Source: Wolbachia endosymbiont of Cimex lectularius (lineage in GTDB: Bacteria > Pseudomonadota > Alphaproteobacteria > Rickettsiales > Anaplasmataceae). Taken from it: a stretch of DNA of 32,000 bases. Below, piece after piece: positions 27,622 through 32,000 of the stretch; the first letter of the stretch is position 1, and each line of letters starts with the position of its first letter. The translations under genes and the position numbers were made by a program. The notes beneath the pieces are model-generated. The model saw only the letters and a list, made by a program, of their open reading frames with translations, had not been told where the DNA came from and did no database searches. Where the stretch lies: the NCBI RefSeq assembly GCF_000829315.1, contig NZ_AP013028.1, positions 870,001-902,000 of the forward strand. The letters run 5' to 3'.

Positions 27622-28530
27622 ATGAGAGTTGTTTTCATGGGGTCACCAGAATTTGCTGTTGGTGCGCTGAGCTCGTTATTGAAGTCAGAGAATAAGATAA
27701 TAGCAGTATATACCAAGGCCCCGAAACCTTCGGGGCGTGGACAGAAACTGACGAAGTCTCCAATACATGTTATTGCTGAAGAAAATGGTATAGAGGTGTG
27801 CATTCCTATCTCTCTAAAATCTTTGGTAGAGCAAGAGCGGTTTAGAAATTTCAAACCAGACGTTGCAGTTGTTGCTGCATATGGGTTGATACTTCTAAAA
27901 GAAATTTTGAATATTCCAAAATATGGTTGTATTAATATTCATCCTTCGCTGCTGCCTAGATGGCGTGGTGCAGCTCCCATACAGCACACAATTTTGGCGG
28001 GAGATCAGGAGACTGGGGTTAGCATTATGCAATTGAACGAAGGATTAGATTCCGGCCCTGTTTTAAAACAGAAAAAATTTCTGATTGAAAAAAACGACAA
28101 TTACAAGACATTGCATGATAAACTGTCTGCGCTGGGTAGCAATTTACTGATGGAAGTGTTAAATGAAATTGAAAAACAGGTTCTTTCAGAACAAAACGAT
28201 GATAATGCGTGCTATGCTGATAAAGTGGAAGACTATAAAATTTATGTGAGTGATACTTGTGAAGTTGCTTATAGGAAAGTTAAAGCATTTTATCCCAAAG
28301 CGTTTGTCAAGATAGAGAATAAACGTTTCAGGATACTCGATGCTGACTTTGAATTAAATGCTTCTTTAACTTCAGCACAAGGTGAGATTGTTAATGATAA
28401 TATGCACATAAGTTTGAGGGGCGGCACTTTAATTCCTAAAGTTGTGCAAATGGAAGGAAGAAACCCCTACAGTGTTGAAAATTTCGTCCGTGGATTAAAA
28501 TTTAGCATAGTAAAAAAGTTTATAGAATAA
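27622..28530 (+). CDS. fmt: Methionyl-tRNA formyltransferase.
   Basis: [46 protein letters not shown] and the C-terminal domain are present. The protein is 302 aa. Confidence 0.95.
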   Translation: MRVVFMGSPEFAVGALSSLLKSENKIIAVYTKAPKPSGRGQKLTKSPIHVIAEENGIEVCIPISLKSLVEQERFRNFKPDVAVVAAYGLILLKEILNIPKYGCINIHPSLLPRWRGAAPIQHTILAGDQETGVSIMQLNEGLDSGPVLKQKKFLIEKNDNYKTLHDKLSALGSNLLMEVLNEIEKQVLSEQNDDNACYADKVEDYKIYVSDTCEVAYRKVKAFYPKAFVKIENKRFRILDADFELNASLTSAQGEIVNDNMHISLRGGTLIPKVVQMEGRNPYSVENFVRGLKFSIVKKFIE

Positions 28531-28588
28531 ACTGCACAGCCAGCCTGTAATAGAAAAACACAAACAGGCAATGCAACCATAAGGTGAG

Positions 28589-29071
28589 CTACACCTGACG
28601 GCTTTGTTGTGGAATAAGCTTTTCAACTTGACTAGTAATAAAATTGATTGTATAGTCAGCTGCCTCATCGAATTTGTTGTTTATATATTTCCCTATTTCT
28701 TTATTTTGCAAGTGATCATACAAAACAAGAGCAGTTACAGCTGCACATGCTGTTGCAATTAAACCAACTTTTACTACTATAAACGCTGATAGTAATAGTG
28801 CAAATATAGATGTTAATCCAACAGCAATTTTACTTCGTGTTGTTTGTTGTGCTACTTGATTTTGGTCTGTTTTCTTTTCTTCAGAAGTGTTTGATGTTGC
28901 TTTCAGAAGAGTTTTCATCGAGATTGTTGCAATTGCAATTGTAATCAGCCCTATAGCTATTTTTGCTAAAAGAAAGAACGATGGCAGCACCATTACACAT
29001 AATAGCAAACCAGCTCCTATAGCTAACCACTTCCCATTTATTTTTTTAGATTGATTCCCTCTATCAAGCAT
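28589..29071 (-). CDS. Hypothetical 160-aa membrane protein with two tandem bilobed hydrophobic hairpins and a polar C-terminal tail.
   Basis: TM pairs lie at about aa 15-52 and aa 82-118, separated by a polar linker (SNTSEEKKTDQNQVAQQTTRS). I recognise no enzymatic motif. Confidence 0.55.
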   Translation of the reverse strand: MLDRGNQSKKINGKWLAIGAGLLLCVMVLPSFFLLAKIAIGLITIAIATISMKTLLKATSNTSEEKKTDQNQVAQQTTRSKIAVGLTSIFALLLSAFIVVKVGLIATACAAVTALVLYDHLQNKEIGKYINNKFDEAADYTINFITSQVEKLIPQQSRQV

Positions 29072-29275
29072 TGTAATTCTCCATTTTGTTTAATGGTTTA
29101 TTTATATTTAACATGAAGTGCGAAGGTGGTCAAGATATATTTTATGTGAAAGAATGTATTGAAAGGTTTTTTATGTTATTCTCTGTTAACTTATAGTCAA
29201 GTTTAAAATTTTAGAAGGAGTTACGTATTGTTTAGAATCTTTATATACTGTTTTGAATCAATTAGAGAGAATTGA

Positions 29276-30421
29276 GTGCAAGATGCGATTTTAGTTTTAC
29301 AAGATGGTAAGTGCTTTTTAGGAAAATCAGTAGGTAAGAAAAGCAAGTGCATAGGTGAGATCTGTTTTACCACTGGTATCACTGGTTACCAGCATACTAT
29401 AACTGACCCCTCTTTTGCCAATCAAATTATAACGTTCACTTTCCCTCATATTGGCAACATTGGGATAAACAGCAAAGATAATGAAGGAGGAAAGAAAATT
29501 TTTGCGAGTGGTGTGATTATGCGTGAACTTTCTTCTGCATCTCATCCTTCATCGTGTATCAGTTTAAATGATTGGTTGGAGAGAAATAACGTAGTTGGAA
29601 TATCAGGAGTTGATACTAGAGCCTTGACAAGATATTTGCAAAAACATCGGCCCAAAAGTGGGATTATATGCTCATTGACCCGCTCTCCGATGTGTGACAC
29701 TGGGATCTATGATGACCAAACTACTCTTGTAATAGAGGGTCTGCTGGATGGATTGAAGAAATACAAACCTTTAAATGGAGTAGAGATAATCAATAAAGTC
29801 AGTTTAAGTAATAGCTTTAAAAACGATCTTAATGCAAAATACAAAGTTGTAGTGGTTGATTTCGGTGTAAAAGCTAGTATAGTTTCACGCTTAATAGAAC
29901 TTGGTTGTGCAATTGAACTGATCAAGCCAGATAAAGGTTTTGCTCAGAAAATATTAAGTATGGATCCAGATGGTATAGTACTTTCAAATGGTCCTGGTGA
30001 TCCACAAGAAATAGGAGAAAGTATGATTCTAGAGATAGACGTTATTATAAAATCTAAAATACCAGTCTTTGGCATATGCATGGGTCACCAATTGCTTGCA
30101 ATTACTTTAGGGGCAAAGACCTTCAAGATGAATGTTGGTCACCGAGGAAGTAACCATCCAGTTTATAATGTAAGTGACGGGAAAGTTGAGATCACCAGCC
30201 AAAATCATGGATTTGTTGTTGATCCATCTTCTCTACCAAGTGACGTTGAAGTTACTCATATTTCTCTGTTTGATAATAGCATAGAGGGAATAATGATGAA
30301 GAATTACCCGGTTTTTTCTGTACAATACCATCCAGAAGAAGCTCCAGGTACGCACGATTCACATTATCTATTTAGGCACTTTATTAACAGTATTGAGTTG
30401 CATAAAATGAAGTCTGCATAA
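29276..30421 (+). CDS. carA: Carbamoyl-phosphate synthase small (glutaminase) subunit.
   Basis: The class-I GATase triad context is present (GICMGHQLL ... QYHPEEAPGTHD), with an N-terminal CPSase small-chain domain. The start is GTG at 29276. Confidence 0.93.
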   Translation: MQDAILVLQDGKCFLGKSVGKKSKCIGEICFTTGITGYQHTITDPSFANQIITFTFPHIGNIGINSKDNEGGKKIFASGVIMRELSSASHPSSCISLNDWLERNNVVGISGVDTRALTRYLQKHRPKSGIICSLTRSPMCDTGIYDDQTTLVIEGLLDGLKKYKPLNGVEIINKVSLSNSFKNDLNAKYKVVVVDFGVKASIVSRLIELGCAIELIKPDKGFAQKILSMDPDGIVLSNGPGDPQEIGESMILEIDVIIKSKIPVFGICMGHQLLAITLGAKTFKMNVGHRGSNHPVYNVSDGKVEITSQNHGFVVDPSSLPSDVEVTHISLFDNSIEGIMMKNYPVFSVQYHPEEAPGTHDSHYLFRHFINSIELHKMKSA

Positions 30422-30534
30422 TTTTAACCTGGCAAGGTTTTATTGCTTGATTTTTTAGTTTTAGGCATTTAATATTAAATATAATAAAAGATTAAGTTAA
30501 GATACTGGGGTAGTGCTCTCTTAACAAATTTTGT

Positions 30535-30617
30535 GGAGGAGTGATCGAGTGGTTAAAGGTAACAGACTGTAAATCTGTCCGCGAAAGCGTACGTAGGTTC
30601 GAATCCTACCTCCTCCA
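30535..30617 (+). tRNA. tRNA-Tyr (GTA anticodon) with a long variable arm. No CCA is encoded.
   Basis: The acceptor stem is ggaggag/ctcctcc. The anticodon loop is ctGTAaa within agactgtaaatct. The T-arm is gtaggttcgaatcctac. The sequence is closely parallel to E. coli tRNA-Tyr. Confidence 0.93.
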
Positions 30618-30621
30618 TTGT

Positions 30622-30693
30622 GCGGGTATAGCTTAATTGGTAGAGCTCTAGCCTTCCAAGCTAGTGGAGTGGGTTCGAATCCCACTATCCGCT
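30622..30693 (+). tRNA. tRNA-Gly (TCC anticodon).
   Basis: The acceptor stem is gcgggta/tatccgc. The D-arm is tagcttaattggtagagc. The anticodon TCC lies within ccttccaag. The T-arm is gtgggttcgaatcccac. Confidence 0.93.
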
Positions 30694-30771
30694 CTTTTTT
30701 TTGTTGTGTTTTTATAAAATCAACATATTATTTATTTATGTATTTGTATTTTAGGTAGAAAAGTTTAAGTT

Positions 30772-31947
30772 ATGACACAAGTAGTAGAAGCATTTGGCAA
30801 GCCGCATGTGAATGTAGGGACAATAGGGCATGTGGATCATGGGAAGACGACATTGACAGCGGCGATAACAAAGTATTATGGGAATTTTGTAGCATACGAT
30901 CAAATAGACAAAGCACCAGAAGAGAGGAAAAGGGGAATAACGATCGCAACAGCACACGTTGAATATCAGACGGAAAAGAGGCATTATGCACATGTTGATT
31001 GTCCTGGACATGCTGATTATGTAAAAAACATGATAGTAGGTGCAGCACAGATGGATGCGGCAATATTGGTAGTGTCAGGAGTTGATGGGCCGATGCCACA
31101 AACAAGAGAACACATATTACTAGCAAAGCAAGTTGGTGTTAAGTATATTGTGGTATACATAAATAAAGCTGATGTTGCTGATCACGATATGATTGGTTTG
31201 GTGGAGATGGAAGTCAGAGAATTGTTAACAAAGTATGGCTTTCCTGGAGATGAAGTACCAGTTATTGTGGGTTCGGCATTGAAAGTGCTGGAAGGTGACG
31301 AAAATAGTGAATATGGAAAAAAATCAATGGATAAATTGATGAAAGCATTAGATGAGTATGTGCCTGATCAGCCGAGGCCTGTGGATTTACCATTTTTAAT
31401 GCCAATAGAAGATGTATTTTCGATATCTGGGCGTGGAACTGTAGTAACAGGAAGAATAGAAAAGGGAGAAGTAAAGATAGGTGAAGAGATAGAAATAATA
31501 GGTCTGAAAGCAACGCAAAAGACGATATGTACAGGTGTTGAGATGTTTAAGAAGTTACTAGACAAGGGATGTGCAGGGCTCAATGTAGGGATATTGCTGA
31601 GGGGAACAAAGAGAGAAGAAGTGGAGAGGGGGCAGGTATTAGCAAAGCCAGGGACAATAACACCGCATAAGAGGTTTAAGGCGGAGGTGTATATATTGAA
31701 GAAAGAAGAAGGAGGGAGGCATACGCCATTTTTTGCAAATTATCAGCCACAATTTTATATAAGGACGACAGATGTAACGGGAAGTATAAAATTGCTGGAA
31801 GGGAAAGAGATGGTAATGCCGGGAGATAATGTAAGTATAGAAGTGGAATTGCAAGTATCAATAGCGATGGATAAGGGATTGCGTTTTGCAATAAGAGAGG
31901 GTGGTAGAACTGTTGGTTCTGGTGTTGTTTCTGAAATTTTGGAGTAG
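30772..31947 (+). CDS. tuf: Elongation factor Tu.
   Basis: [22 protein letters not shown] and SAL motifs are present. The protein is 391 aa. It sits in the canonical tRNA-Tyr/tRNA-Gly/tuf/tRNA-Trp context. Confidence 0.98.
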   Translation: MTQVVEAFGKPHVNVGTIGHVDHGKTTLTAAITKYYGNFVAYDQIDKAPEERKRGITIATAHVEYQTEKRHYAHVDCPGHADYVKNMIVGAAQMDAAILVVSGVDGPMPQTREHILLAKQVGVKYIVVYINKADVADHDMIGLVEMEVRELLTKYGFPGDEVPVIVGSALKVLEGDENSEYGKKSMDKLMKALDEYVPDQPRPVDLPFLMPIEDVFSISGRGTVVTGRIEKGEVKIGEEIEIIGLKATQKTICTGVEMFKKLLDKGCAGLNVGILLRGTKREEVERGQVLAKPGTITPHKRFKAEVYILKKEEGGRHTPFFANYQPQFYIRTTDVTGSIKLLEGKEMVMPGDNVSIEVELQVSIAMDKGLRFAIREGGRTVGSGVVSEILE

Positions 31948-31961
31948 AAAGTTTTACTCAT

Positions 31962-32000
31962 AGGAGTGTAGCTCAATTGGTAGAGCGCTGGTCTCCAAAA
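31962..32000 (+). tRNA. tRNA-Trp (CCA anticodon), 5' part only; truncated by the window end.
   Basis: aggagtgtagctcaattggtagagcgctggtctccaaaa parallels E. coli tRNA-Trp (AGGGGCGTAGTTCAATTGGTAGAGCACCGGTCTCCAAAA). Confidence 0.85.

Noticed and set aside
30751-31976. Six minus-strand ORFs of 71-118 aa overlapping tuf.
   Set aside because: They lie antisense to an unmistakable EF-Tu gene whose sense strand is very purine-rich. Their low-complexity Leu/Ser/Pro-rich products have no recognisable motifs, so they are composition artefacts.

Overview
The window is an AT-rich chromosomal segment. Its gene content and order point to a Rickettsiales endosymbiont, most likely Wolbachia. The evidence is nusA-infB-rbfA-ubiA, tRNA-Tyr/tRNA-Gly/tuf/tRNA-Trp, an ALAS-type hemA, an NDUFA12-like complex I subunit, mrpD, and an IS5-family transposase that I recall as ISWpi1-like. 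All of this is judged from motifs and memory; no database search was possible. About 22 apparently intact housekeeping genes sit in short operons: nusA, infB, rbfA, ubiA, rodA, mrpD, mlaD, htpG, hemA, efp, rimM, ihfA, a merR-family regulator, rpmI, rplT, fmt, carA, tuf and others. There are three tRNAs, one cut by the window end. Between the operons lies strongly accessory or decaying DNA. (1) Two near-identical IS5-family copies (860 and 862 bp, TTA target duplications) each split a gene, an MFS transporter and a PAS_5-like gene. (2) An RND pump carries a single frameshift. (3) A phage terminase large-subunit N-terminal relic is present. (4) A modular family of intergenic repeats occurs at four loci. 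One module carries a sigma70-type promoter that is a perfect TTGACA-17-TATAAT consensus in one copy, and another is an iteron-like array with 21-25 bp periodicity. (5) A short hairpin repeat also appears embedded in-frame in carA. The most interesting coding feature is a 919-aa orphan directly downstream of htpG. It has a class-3 lipase core with an intact Ser/Asp/His triad, a long disordered acidic/Ser-rich region and a C-terminal bilobed hydrophobic hairpin resembling Inc-type vacuole-membrane effectors. A second small protein with two such hairpins lies at 28589-29071. The IMPase/SuhB-like protein next to efp has lost all canonical metal-binding motifs. No CRISPR array, rRNA or intact prophage is present.
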